DNA of 64,000 nt from an uncultured virus (IMG/VR IMGVR_UViG_3300028048_002245). Lineage: Duplodnaviria > Heunggongvirae > Uroviricota > Caudoviricetes. Positions 17,955 to 28,287 of this stretch are shown piece by piece. Within the stretch, counting starts at the first letter, position 1, and each line of letters opens with the position of its first letter. The notes below the pieces were generated by a model. That model saw only the letters and a list, made by a program, of their open reading frames with translations, ran no database searches and was not told the DNA's origin. The stretch is taken from the IMG/VR virus record IMGVR_UViG_3300028048_002245. One strand, written 5' to 3'. Both the position numbers and the translations under genes were made by a program.

Positions 17955-18350
17955 TTACAATTGTTCAAGCAACTGGTTTATCAGTTCGTTGGCACTGATA
18001 TTATACTCTTTTGCTACTCTGTTCATATTTTCAGCTGCCTTTTCAGTAAGTCTTATGCTTTTTGCAAAGTTCCTTACTGAACGGTTTCCTTTTTTCAGGT
18101 GTATTGACATATTGCTGTCTTCAAGAGGATTAACGGATGGTGTTCCCTGTATATCTTCTTTTTTAGCCGAATCTTTTCTGACTGTATCTGTCGAAGTCAC
18201 AGGCTTAGTCTCACCCTTCTCCTCCTGCTCTATGTCATGAAGGGCACGATCTACTGCACTTTCTGATGACGTTGTTTCTTTCATGCTTTCCTGTGCTTTT
18301 TTTCTGTTGATCTCACGCATTTTATTGCGCGCTTCGCTGCTGATTGCCAT
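17955..18350 (-). CDS. Small centromere-binding partition protein (type Ib ParB/RHH-like)
   Basis: Coupled to parA; disordered N-terminus and C-terminal KSIRLT..AAE.M..VA...NIS.NELI ribbon-helix-helix pattern. Confidence 0.65.
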   Translation of the reverse strand: MAISSEARNKMREINRKKAQESMKETTSSESAVDRALHDIEQEEKGETKPVTSTDTVRKDSAKKEDIQGTPSVNPLEDSNMSIHLKKGNRSVRNFAKSIRLTEKAAENMNRVAKEYNISANELINQLLEQL

Positions 18351-19114
18351 TATGCTGTCCTCCTGATTACTTCTTCTGCTATCTTTCTGTAATCGATAGC
18401 TGGTTTTGAATATTTATCTGCTTCCTGTAATGATTTCTGGATTACTTTTGTCTCCGATGCCACAATTGACTTTCTTACAGTCATGATAAAAGCATCTGGT
18501 TCGATGACATCTCTCATGTCTTCAAGTTCTTTGTAACTGTCTGAATGCATTGTAGTCCGCTCATACTTTGTCAGTATAAATCCCATTATACGAGCCTTTG
18601 AAAATGCGTGTCTGCCTTCCCTGAATTTCCTGAGATCCGTATTTACCGCGAGTATTCCGTCAAGGCTTCCTGCATCGCATTCCGTAGGAATCAGTACGTA
18701 ATCAGATGCTATATAAGCCATGTTCAGGAGAATATTCCTTGCCGGCGAATTATCGATGATAACGTAATCATAATCGTAATTATCTCTGATTATCTCAAGA
18801 GCATCCTGAAGCAGAAAAATATCTGCTGCATCAGTGAATGATCTGTCTGCTGCTGAAAGTGCTGTTGAGGCTGGGATCACATCGTACAGGTCGAGTTTTC
18901 TTATCGCATCTGCTATCGGGCTGTCGCCATGAAGTACTTCATTGATTGTAGGTGGTTCGCTATCAATCCCTACGTACTTTGTCATATTACACTGCTGATC
19001 GAAGTCAATGAGCAGAACCTTTTTACCTTCTGTAGAGAGGGATGCTGCAAGTTCGATTGAAGTTGTTGTCTTGCCTACGCCACCCTTCTGATTTGCTATT
19101 GCTATAGTTGTCAT
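18350..19114 (-). CDS. parA: ParA/Soj partition ATPase
   Basis: NQKGGVGKTT deviant Walker A, LLIDFDQQ, YVIIDNSP; likely start MTTIAI (19114). Confidence 0.93.
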   Translation of the reverse strand: MTTIAIANQKGGVGKTTTSIELAASLSTEGKKVLLIDFDQQCNMTKYVGIDSEPPTINEVLHGDSPIADAIRKLDLYDVIPASTALSAADRSFTDAADIFLLQDALEIIRDNYDYDYVIIDNSPARNILLNMAYIASDYVLIPTECDAGSLDGILAVNTDLRKFREGRHAFSKARIMGFILTKYERTTMHSDSYKELEDMRDVIEPDAFIMTVRKSIVASETKVIQKSLQEADKYSKPAIDYRKIAEEVIRRTA

Positions 19115-19169
19115 ATTTTCCTTTCTTTTAACATTTGTTTTTATTTTACGTTCGTAATTATATGCCAAT

Positions 19170-19810
19170 ATTATATTTTTGTCAATATCTTATATGATAT
19201 TTTATATTATATGGTATATATAATTTGATATGTATTATGATATCATATAACATATCAATTTATATATTATTTTTATGTATTTTTTATTTCAGTAAATTAT
19301 ATATGATATTATATCTGATATCATTTATAATATTGATATGTATATATATTCTTATATTTATTTATCTATTCATCTGTATATTGAATTATACTTATAGATA
19401 AGCAATATAACGCATTCAATATCTATTTCAATATCAATATATATACTTATATGCATATATGAAACAATATGATATTATATATCATATCAGGAGATAATAA
19501 ATATTATTATTTGGTTTATGATATCAACGACGGTATGACTTACAATATCATATTGTGTATTATATTCTATATGGATTATAATATTGTCTGTAATATAGTA
19601 TACGGTATAATAGTCACTATCACAGATTGTATTACAGGACAGTAATACAATATCCGATATTATATACAATATTATATCTGATATTATTATTTATATAAAA
19701 TATGAAATAAAATATATACATAAATATGCTTTATGGTATCATATTTAATATGATATATAATATCAGTCTATGTATCATATATAAGTAGCTTTTTATATAT
19801 TATTCATGAT
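19170..19810. repeat. Extremely AT-rich region with many TGATAT/ATATCA motifs (candidate parS centromere)
   Basis: Numerous TGATAT/ATATCA hexamers upstream of parA; similar clusters at 17920..17955 and 38812..38890. Confidence 0.55.
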
Positions 19811-19899
19811 AAACGAACAAATGTAAAGAAAAAAGCTAAAAACAGTTTATAATAGCTGATAACTAATGACAAGCTTAAAGCAGATTATGGAGGTAAATA

Positions 19900-20916
19900 A
19901 TGGCTAATCCATTTGAAAACATTAAGGATAAGATAGGAGATATAGGTGACGCTGTACGAGACAGGGTTTCTTTTGGTAATCGAGATGACGACAATTATGA
20001 CGAGGAGGATGAATATGAGGCAGGCGAAGATGAGGGCGATGATGATGAAGAAGATTCAGTAGACGAAGACAGTGAAGATACCGATGATTCCGATGATTCT
20101 TATGAAACCGATGACGATGAAGAAGAAGATACAGACGATGAGGACTCTGGACAACAGGAGACGAGACGATCTCGTAGAAAAAATAAGGATGATGATATCC
20201 CAGATTTAACGGAGTCATATATAAGAGATGAGGCCGACAAGAAGAAAGGCATTTCCCACAAGACATATCATATCGTCTCAACAATAATCATCCTAAGTGT
20301 AGTGATTGGATGCTTCTCCTATCTTGCACGACTTTACAGCAAAAGAGATGATCCTGTTACAACTGATGATCTTGAAATAACCTATACTGATTATGGCAAA
20401 CAGACATATGCGGTAAGTTACGAGGTCTCTGATAAGATAAATGGTACGCAGTATGTAGACATGAAAGCGGGTGCCGCATCAATCCATATCCCACAGAATA
20501 TATTCTACAATGTTGTAAGTGACAATGACAAGAGAACAACAGCAATATATCTTCTGACTATAAGAAATAAGTCAAATTATCTTGGAAAATTTATGAATCC
20601 GGATATAATAAATGTGACCAGGTTCTCTTGCATGGGAGATAAGCCGTTTACAGCCAAAGAGATCAAGAAGTATGAAAAAATAGCACTTGTGCTTCTTGAT
20701 GAAAACAAGAGAAAATCTACATCAATGACAAAGCTCACAGAGGAAGAGCTTGGAACCATGAATAATGATGCAAATATTTCCTTACAGAAGAGTTCGATGT
20801 TTGCTTTCTTGCAGTCTGGTAAGAATAAAGATGATGGAGGAGACAAAAAGTACATTGATCCAGATACATGTAAAGAAATAAAAAGTGATAGTAACAATGA
20901 GAAGTCCGGTAGATAA
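19900..20916 (+). CDS. Single-pass membrane protein with acidic disordered N-terminus
   Basis: D/E-rich tract, one TM helix, RBS GGAGG. Confidence 0.75.
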   Translation: MANPFENIKDKIGDIGDAVRDRVSFGNRDDDNYDEEDEYEAGEDEGDDDEEDSVDEDSEDTDDSDDSYETDDDEEEDTDDEDSGQQETRRSRRKNKDDDIPDLTESYIRDEADKKKGISHKTYHIVSTIIILSVVIGCFSYLARLYSKRDDPVTTDDLEITYTDYGKQTYAVSYEVSDKINGTQYVDMKAGAASIHIPQNIFYNVVSDNDKRTTAIYLLTIRNKSNYLGKFMNPDIINVTRFSCMGDKPFTAKEIKKYEKIALVLLDENKRKSTSMTKLTEEELGTMNNDANISLQKSSMFAFLQSGKNKDDGGDKKYIDPDTCKEIKSDSNNEKSGR

Positions 20917-20943
20917 TATTTTGCAAACAAAGGAGGCAATATA

Positions 20944-22227
20944 ATGAAAAACAGGATAGCAGTAATAGTTATTCTGGCTCTGATAGTTGGCACAATAGCT
21001 TTTTCAGTACATAGCTGCAGTGCTTCAAAACCATCAGAGAAGAAAGAGACGACAAAAGATTTAAAGAAAACCTCAAAGAAGGAACCTGAGGTTGTAACAA
21101 CGGTAAATATTCCTAATGCATCCAATCCGAATGATGCGGATAATAAAGTTGTGGATGGAGATGGGTTTTACCATGACAGAGTTTCATCGCTTAAATTTCT
21201 AATACCTGGCGGATATAAAGCAAAATCATCGAATGACGTGATTTATTTTGTAAATAAATCTACAAAATCTCAGATAGCCATGATAAGAATGACTGAATTC
21301 TATCAGACAAGTGATATTCTTGACAGTGCTCCTACTTATATGCCAAAGATAGCTATTCTCAAAGAAGTGAAGCAGTTTGATACGCAGCCGGTATTCGGAA
21401 GCGTTGTAACAGGCGATATAAAAGATCCTGTGAAAGCGGATCAGCTTACAACGCAGGCAGCTCAGATAAATGTAACATATACGGAGCGGGGTACTCAGGA
21501 TGTTGTAGCAAAATTTAAAGCCGCAGGTCAGGCTGTTGTATATTCTGATACCGACAATATAGATTATCTTGTGGTTGGCTATACAGCTGATGACAACAAT
21601 TACGATTCACTGGCAGACGATATAAACGGTCTGACGGCTTCTATCGTAAAAGACGAAACAAGCAGTTCTGGGACAGATAAATCTGATACAGTTACTGGTG
21701 TCAAAATGTCTGATTATCTTTCAGATGATGATGACGGAATCGGTTTTAAATATCCAACAGGATGGAAATCAACCACAAATGATGACGATATGCTTATCAT
21801 TAAAGCCCCTGATGACAGTGAGAATCCTTACTATGGCATGGTTATAGAGACTTTATGGGATAAAAAGGAAAAGATTGCAAAAAACGGTTACAGCGATTTT
21901 GTAAGAGGATATGAGAAGAAGATTCTTAAGCCTGTATTCACGCAGGCAGTGAAGGATAGCAGTTTTACATACAACTATGAAAATCAGGACATTGATACAG
22001 ATGCAAAGATAGGTAGCAAGGCTGCAATCAGATCTGTCGGGCTTGATTATATCTATCCTTCAACAGATGCAGTTCAGTTGTCTCTCAGGATGGATAAGAA
22101 TGAGGTTACAAGTGAAAGACTTCTTTTCGATGCAGCCGGAAAACCTGCATTTGTAAATGTAATCTATTATAATGCGACACAGGAAAAACTTGCTGACGAG
22201 ATACTTAATTCAGTTGTAGCAAACTGA
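20944..22227 (+). CDS. Secreted or membrane-anchored protein with two PsbP-like domains
   Basis: Signal/anchor peptide; F.IPGGY and GIGFKYPTGW motifs; C-terminal ILNSV. Confidence 0.6.
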   Translation: MKNRIAVIVILALIVGTIAFSVHSCSASKPSEKKETTKDLKKTSKKEPEVVTTVNIPNASNPNDADNKVVDGDGFYHDRVSSLKFLIPGGYKAKSSNDVIYFVNKSTKSQIAMIRMTEFYQTSDILDSAPTYMPKIAILKEVKQFDTQPVFGSVVTGDIKDPVKADQLTTQAAQINVTYTERGTQDVVAKFKAAGQAVVYSDTDNIDYLVVGYTADDNNYDSLADDINGLTASIVKDETSSSGTDKSDTVTGVKMSDYLSDDDDGIGFKYPTGWKSTTNDDDMLIIKAPDDSENPYYGMVIETLWDKKEKIAKNGYSDFVRGYEKKILKPVFTQAVKDSSFTYNYENQDIDTDAKIGSKAAIRSVGLDYIYPSTDAVQLSLRMDKNEVTSERLLFDAAGKPAFVNVIYYNATQEKLADEILNSVVAN

Positions 22228-22523
22228 TATGTTAATTACACCGTAAAAAAAAGGCTAACCGCAATTAGTGGTTGAAAAAGATATTTGAATATACTTGAAA
22301 CGACATGCCTTTCTGGTTGAAAGATTGTCTTTCAGAAAAACGTCTCTGGTTGAAAACCGGATGGATGTCCTCATCTGTCCAGTTCTTTTTATACCTGCAA
22401 AGAAAATCATATTTCCTCAATAAATGGTTGAAATGTATTTTTATATGTGGTATAAATATGAGTGGGTAATTCCGCAAAAAGTGGTTGAAACTTATAAATA
22501 TGGATAAGGAGTTATAAAAAGGA

Positions 22524-24581
22524 ATGGCTGAGGAAGCAAAGAAGACAACGCTCAATTATGTAGATGAGATATGGAATATCGCTGATTATGTCCGTGATGT
22601 AATCAGCCGTGCAGACTATAACAAGCTGGTACTGCCGTTTTCCCTTCTCCGCAGACTTGAATGCGCTCTGGAAAGCACCAGGGAAGATGTCGTTAAGGCT
22701 GTAAAGGAACACGAAGCAGAATGGGGACGGGAATCCGACAACTACTGCCAGTATTCCAAGAAAGCGTTTTACAATGTCACTTCTTTCCGGCTGAACAATC
22801 TCGGAGCCTCCGATACATACGACGCCCTGGATCAATACATCAATGGCTTTTCTCCGAACGCTCGGGAAATCATGCTGAAATTTGAAATGGAGAATACCTG
22901 TAAACGGCTACAGGATAAGGGGATGCTCTATTCTGTCTGCCAAAAGTTTGCAGCCCTGCCGTTCGATTCTGAGACTGTATCTGACCGGGAAATGTCCGAC
23001 ATCTACGAGCATCTTATCCAGCGTTACGGCGACGAGATCGCGGAAGACGCCGAGGATTTCATGACACCGAAGGACATCGTCCGTCTTGCGACTGGAATGA
23101 TCTTCGCCAACGATGATGAACTGATGTCTTCTGACACGGGCATTGTCCGTACATTGTACGATCAGACAATCGGGACAGGCGGATTCGTCTGCGATGCGCT
23201 GGAGCTTCTGGACAAATGGCACGAAGATAAGAAGATGAAGGCTCCGGCAATTATCGTTCCGTATGGAGAAGAACTGTCCGGTGTTACATGGGCTATGGCA
23301 AAGGCCAACCTCCTTATCCGTAATGTTTCTGATGAGACCAGGGACGCTTATGACAGTACAAAAGACCTGTCTGCTCATATCCTTGAAGGCGATACGCTTT
23401 CAGACGACAAATTTCCCGATACCCGCTTTGATTACTGTATAAGTAACCCGCCCTACGGTAAAAAATGGGAAAAAGAGAAGTCTGATGTCGAGACAGAAGC
23501 CGCTCACGGCTTTGCTGGCAGATTCGGAGCGGGCACGCCGTCTATTTCCGATGGTTCCATGCTTTTCATACAGAATATGGTCGCTCATATGAAGACCGCT
23601 GAGGAAGGCGGCAGCAAGGCAGGCATTGTCCTTTCCGCTTCCCCTCTCTTTAACGGTGACGCAGGCTCCGGCCCTTCCAATATCAGACGGTGGCTTTTCG
23701 AGCGGGATCTTGTTGACTGCATCGTAAAGATCGGTCAGGGCGAGTTCTTCCGTACAGGCATCAATACTTATCTCTGGATTCTATCCACGAAGAAACCGGA
23801 TAGCCGGAAGGGAATGATACAGCTTATTGATGCCTCTGACCGTGGCGATACCTTGCGGAAATCGCAGGGAAATAAACGAATCGCTCTCACAGAAGATGAT
23901 ATGAACTGGATCATTAAGACCTATATTGATGGGCATGACGGCGGCAAGTCGGAACTTCTGCCCGTAACCGACTTCATGTTCCGTGCCGTTACTGTACAGA
24001 GACCGCTGAAGATGGTCGTTACATTCGACCTTTCCAAGTGGGACAGCCTTTTTGAGAACAAGTCCATGCAGAAGTTGTCTGGGGACAATCAGTACAGGCT
24101 CAAGCAGGCTATTGCTGCACATGAAGGCGAGACGGTCTCTTACGATTGGTGGGTTTCCCATGCGGATGACTTTCGTCATAAGATGGATAACCCGGAAGTC
24201 GCAAAGAAAGCCTTTACGGACGCCTTTATTAAAGCGTTTGGCGTAAAAACTGAGAATGATGAAGACATCGTAAGAGATAAGAAAGGGAACCCGGTCCCTG
24301 ATCCTGACCTCAAGGACACGGAGAAAGTCCCGTATCTCGAAGATATCGACGATTATATGGAACGGGAAGTGCTTCCGTATGTTCCCGATGCCTGGGTAGA
24401 CGAGACTGTAGTAGATAACGGGCCTCTTGCAGATGGCAAGGTTGGTGTTGTCGGAACGCAGATCTCGTTCGACAAATACTTCTACCACTACGAGGCTCCG
24501 CGTGATCCGGAGGATATCATGTCTGAAATCAAAGCTCTGGAACCGGAAATTGAAGAGGCTCTGAAGGGAGTGTTCGCATGA
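22524..24581 (+). CDS. hsdM: Type I R-M methyltransferase subunit
   Basis: FMTP, GTGGF and NPPY (N6-adenine MTase) motifs. Confidence 0.95.
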   Translation: MAEEAKKTTLNYVDEIWNIADYVRDVISRADYNKLVLPFSLLRRLECALESTREDVVKAVKEHEAEWGRESDNYCQYSKKAFYNVTSFRLNNLGASDTYDALDQYINGFSPNAREIMLKFEMENTCKRLQDKGMLYSVCQKFAALPFDSETVSDREMSDIYEHLIQRYGDEIAEDAEDFMTPKDIVRLATGMIFANDDELMSSDTGIVRTLYDQTIGTGGFVCDALELLDKWHEDKKMKAPAIIVPYGEELSGVTWAMAKANLLIRNVSDETRDAYDSTKDLSAHILEGDTLSDDKFPDTRFDYCISNPPYGKKWEKEKSDVETEAAHGFAGRFGAGTPSISDGSMLFIQNMVAHMKTAEEGGSKAGIVLSASPLFNGDAGSGPSNIRRWLFERDLVDCIVKIGQGEFFRTGINTYLWILSTKKPDSRKGMIQLIDASDRGDTLRKSQGNKRIALTEDDMNWIIKTYIDGHDGGKSELLPVTDFMFRAVTVQRPLKMVVTFDLSKWDSLFENKSMQKLSGDNQYRLKQAIAAHEGETVSYDWWVSHADDFRHKMDNPEVAKKAFTDAFIKAFGVKTENDEDIVRDKKGNPVPDPDLKDTEKVPYLEDIDDYMEREVLPYVPDAWVDETVVDNGPLADGKVGVVGTQISFDKYFYHYEAPRDPEDIMSEIKALEPEIEEALKGVFA

Positions 24582-25918
24582 GTAGAGAGATGAAAAACAG
24601 TGGTATCGAGTGGATTGGACAGATACCGCAAGATTGGGATATACGCAATATCAAGCACATGGCAGATACGGCTGTCATTAACTCATATATAGATGGTGAC
24701 TGGATTGAAAGTCCCTATGTAACTGATGAAGGTATCCGTTACCTCACTTCGGGAAATATTGGGGATGGCTTTTACAAAGAACAGGGAAATTCTTATATTT
24801 CCGAAGAGTCATTTGCTAAATTAAATTGTAAATTTGCATATCCAGGAGACCTTGTATTTTCACGGCTTAATGAACCATATGGTAGGAGCTGTATTCTGCC
24901 AGACACAGAAGATTGCTATGTTTTGGCTGTAGATGATGTAATACTGCGTCCTTTCAGTTACATCGATAAAAAATATGTCTGTTATCTAACGATGTGTGAC
25001 GGATATCATAGAGCAGTTGGTGAAGAAGCTCGTGGAACGGCAATGAAAAGGATTAGCAGAACTAATCTTGGATTGATAAAATTATCTCTGCCATCTCTCT
25101 CTGAGCAGCATGCTATAGTCCATTTTCTCGACCGCAAGTGCTCCGCTATCGACACGGCAATCGAAAAGACAAAGAAATCCATTGAGAAGCTGGAAGAATA
25201 CAAGAAGGCTGTCATTACAAAGGCTGTGACAAAGGGGCTTGATCCGGATGCGAAGATGAAGGATAGTGGAATTGAATGGATCGGAGAAGTGCCGGAGACG
25301 TGGGATGTGAAAAGAGTAAAACACGTTTCTACTAGCATTTCCAAGGGTAATGGTATTACAAAGGATGATGTTGTAGAAGACGGTGATATTTCCTGTGTTC
25401 GTTACGGTGAAATATATTCACAATATTCTCTTGGTTTTGATAAGTGTGTTACAAAAACAAACCTAAGTAAAGTATCATCTCCTCAGTATTTTTCTTATGG
25501 AGATATTATATGTGCAGGTACAGGCGAACTTATTGAAGAAATTGGGAAGCCAATAGTTTATCTGGGAAGTGAACTTTGCCTTGCAGGCGGGGATATAGTG
25601 GTCATTAAGCATAAACAGAACCCTTTGTATTTAGAATATGCTTTAGAGAGTGCCTGTTCTCAAGGGCAACGAAGCATCGGTAAATATAAATTGAAAGTCG
25701 TGCACATCTCAGCAAGCGATATTGGTAATATACGGATTGCGCTTCCTAATATTGAAGAACAAAACCGTATTGTTGAGTATCTGGACAATAAGATACAAAG
25801 CATATCAAATGTCATTGAGTCTAAGTTGTCCACCATAGAGAAATTGGAAGAATACAAGAAATCCCTTATTTACTACGCTGTTACAGGCAAGATTGATTGC
25901 AGAGGTGAAATGGTATGA
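24578..25918 (+). CDS. hsdS: Type I R-M specificity subunit
   Basis: Two TRDs separated by repeated MK.SGIEWIG.IP..W and LP...EQ..IV.LD/LEEYKK conserved regions. Confidence 0.95.
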   Translation: MSREMKNSGIEWIGQIPQDWDIRNIKHMADTAVINSYIDGDWIESPYVTDEGIRYLTSGNIGDGFYKEQGNSYISEESFAKLNCKFAYPGDLVFSRLNEPYGRSCILPDTEDCYVLAVDDVILRPFSYIDKKYVCYLTMCDGYHRAVGEEARGTAMKRISRTNLGLIKLSLPSLSEQHAIVHFLDRKCSAIDTAIEKTKKSIEKLEEYKKAVITKAVTKGLDPDAKMKDSGIEWIGEVPETWDVKRVKHVSTSISKGNGITKDDVVEDGDISCVRYGEIYSQYSLGFDKCVTKTNLSKVSSPQYFSYGDIICAGTGELIEEIGKPIVYLGSELCLAGGDIVVIKHKQNPLYLEYALESACSQGQRSIGKYKLKVVHISASDIGNIRIALPNIEEQNRIVEYLDNKIQSISNVIESKLSTIEKLEEYKKSLIYYAVTGKIDCRGEMV

Positions 25919-26481
25919 CAGAAGTGGATTATCGAATGCTTATAAGCATAATACATGAACGTCAGGGACTTCCCTGGGGATATGCAAAACTTATTGAATG
26001 GAAGGATGACTTCTTGAAGAAGGTCTTTTCCGATATGAATAACGGCGTCATTTCTTTGCAACCTTGGTTTTATCGTGGCGATTTATACCGAATTCATACT
26101 CCGCATAGTGGTTTGGCTGAAAATATTGATGAAAATATAGAACGTATAGTTAGCGAAATCTGTGATGACGGAAGCTGTAGCATACTTCCGTATACGCAGT
26201 ATACAACCAGTCTTGTAGCATTTACTAAACTCCATGATTTTACTGATAATGCATTCAATAAAGTATATGACCAGATGTCTACTTGCATTCAAGTAAATAC
26301 TGGCGAATTATACGGAATAGATGTAAATGCGCTGTATGACTTTTTAGGAATTGAAAAATTCCCTCCATATGAACAGGAACAGGAAGTTATGTTTCCTTTA
26401 TTAAAGGAATATGTAATTCAGGAGCATGTATGCACTCCTTTAGAATTTAAAGCATATATAGAAAGTAATAACAATGAATAA
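25915..26481 (+). CDS. Hypothetical protein, possible R-S-E clan ADP-ribosyltransferase fold
   Basis: LYRIH, SLVAFT, YGIDV and EQEVMFP in the expected order; ATGA overlap with hsdS. Confidence 0.45.
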   Translation: MTEVDYRMLISIIHERQGLPWGYAKLIEWKDDFLKKVFSDMNNGVISLQPWFYRGDLYRIHTPHSGLAENIDENIERIVSEICDDGSCSILPYTQYTTSLVAFTKLHDFTDNAFNKVYDQMSTCIQVNTGELYGIDVNALYDFLGIEKFPPYEQEQEVMFPLLKEYVIQEHVCTPLEFKAYIESNNNE

Positions 26482-26583
26482 TAGACATGGATAGTCATAC
26501 AAGAGCATGTTTACTCCAAAGAAGTAACAACACGACACATACAACTGTTGACAGTGGCAAATGAACAATTAAAGGTATATTGA

Positions 26584-27966
26584 ATGTCGGAAGTAAAAGA
26601 ATTTGACCTCAACATAGAAAAGATACTGGAAAACTGGGAAGTTTACCATGCCGTCCGTGAAATCATTGCAAATGCTCTGGATGAACAGAAACTAACGGGA
26701 ACCAAAGACATCAGTATCCGTAAAGAAAACGGCATCTGGCATATCACGGACTACGGAAGGGGCCTCAACTATCACCATCTCACGCAGAATGAGAACGATG
26801 AAAAGCTGAATGCGGACGGACTGATCGGCAAGTTCGGTGTCGGCCTAAAGGATGCTCTTGCCACCTTCTACCGTAACGGCATCAAGGTAACGATCCGGTC
26901 CAAATACGGCGTTATCACGCTAAAACAGACCAATAAGGAAGGCTTTGACGATGTTATAACGCTCCATGCGGAGATTGCGGAACCGGATAACCCGGATATG
27001 GTCGGCACGGACTTCTCTCTCGACGGCTGCACGGACTCCGACATTGAAAAGGCAAAGGCTCTGTTTCTCTGCTTTACAGATACAGTCGTATTGGAAGATA
27101 CCTCTTTCGGCTCTGTACTGGAACGGGTAAAGGGACAGCCTGCAAGCATCTATATACACGGCATAAAGGTCGCGGAAGAACCGAATTTCCTGTTCTCCTA
27201 CAATATCACCGACCTTCCGAACAAACTCCGCAAGGCTCTGAACCGGGAACGGGATAATGTTGGCCGGGCAGCCTATACGGATACTGTAAAGAACATCCTT
27301 GAATCAGTCGAAACGCCGGATGTGCTTGAAACCCTCATGCACGACTTCGAAGAAGTCGTAAAGGGCGGCGGACACGACGAAATGAACTGGATTGATGTCC
27401 AGCTTTATGTCATTAAGCAGTTGTCCAGGCTTGAAGACAAGCTCCTGTTCATTACGGCAGACGAGGCCGTAAACCGTCGTATGGAGGTTTCCGATGCACA
27501 GGACGACGGGTATGAGGTCTTCGTTATTCCCGACAAGCTGAAGGAAAAAGCAAAGTCTCTGCGGACAGTTACAACAATCGAGCGGTATAATCAGAAAAAG
27601 AACAACTCTTTTTCTGGTGAAGAGATCGACATTTCAGAGCTTACAGCTCCCGAACGGGATGTTTACAATATGCTGCCGGAGATCGTAGCGTTTATGGGCG
27701 GACTTCCAGGCGTAATATCCAATGTCCGCATCACAGAAGAGATATACGAAGATGAAGAAGACAAAGGCCAGACTGTCGGCCTATGGGATTCCAAGAGCCG
27801 CATCATATGGATCAAGCGGTCGCAGCTCCGGTCGTTATCTGCATTTGCAGGGACGCTTATCCACGAATGCACTCATGCTGCCACACGATATGGTGATGTA
27901 TCAAGGAACTTTGAAACAGCCCTGACCGATAACCTCGGCAAGATGGCTGCTTATTATTTACGATAA
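26584..27966 (+). CDS. GHKL (HATPase) ATPase with C-terminal HExxH metallopeptidase-like domain
   Basis: REIIANALD, DYGRG, GKFGVGLK and GT Bergerat-fold motifs; LIHECTH near the C-terminus. Confidence 0.78.
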   Translation: MSEVKEFDLNIEKILENWEVYHAVREIIANALDEQKLTGTKDISIRKENGIWHITDYGRGLNYHHLTQNENDEKLNADGLIGKFGVGLKDALATFYRNGIKVTIRSKYGVITLKQTNKEGFDDVITLHAEIAEPDNPDMVGTDFSLDGCTDSDIEKAKALFLCFTDTVVLEDTSFGSVLERVKGQPASIYIHGIKVAEEPNFLFSYNITDLPNKLRKALNRERDNVGRAAYTDTVKNILESVETPDVLETLMHDFEEVVKGGGHDEMNWIDVQLYVIKQLSRLEDKLLFITADEAVNRRMEVSDAQDDGYEVFVIPDKLKEKAKSLRTVTTIERYNQKKNNSFSGEEIDISELTAPERDVYNMLPEIVAFMGGLPGVISNVRITEEIYEDEEDKGQTVGLWDSKSRIIWIKRSQLRSLSAFAGTLIHECTHAATRYGDVSRNFETALTDNLGKMAAYYLR

Positions 27967-27972
27967 GGAGAA

Positions 27973-28269
27973 ATGAATATGTTTGGTTTTGAAAAGCCCG
28001 GGGTAACTTACACCCGTACAGGAAACACGATTTTCGGTTCAGATGGAAGCAGTCATACGATAACTGGAAACACGATCTTCAATTCGGATGGCTCAACTAT
28101 CATGAATTCCGGGAATACATCATTCCGTTCCGATGGCTCGTCACTTATGCGGACAGGAAACACTACATTTGACAGCAACGGAACAAGTTACATTCAGTCC
28201 GGCAACACTACATTCGGAAGTGATGGAACTACGAGGATTCAATCAGGCAATACTGATTTTGGAAATTAG
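27973..28269 (+). CDS. Small protein of six 15-aa beta-hairpin-like repeats
   Basis: Repeat xx(T/S)GNTxFxS(D/N)Gxxx six times; RBS AAGGAG. Confidence 0.75.
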   Translation: MNMFGFEKPGVTYTRTGNTIFGSDGSSHTITGNTIFNSDGSTIMNSGNTSFRSDGSSLMRTGNTTFDSNGTSYIQSGNTTFGSDGTTRIQSGNTDFGN

Positions 28270-28287
28270 AGAAAGAGGAAAAGAAAG

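Noticed and set aside
19487..19669. 60-aa ORF in the AT-rich par region
   Set aside because: Low-complexity product of the TGATAT repeats, with no RBS.
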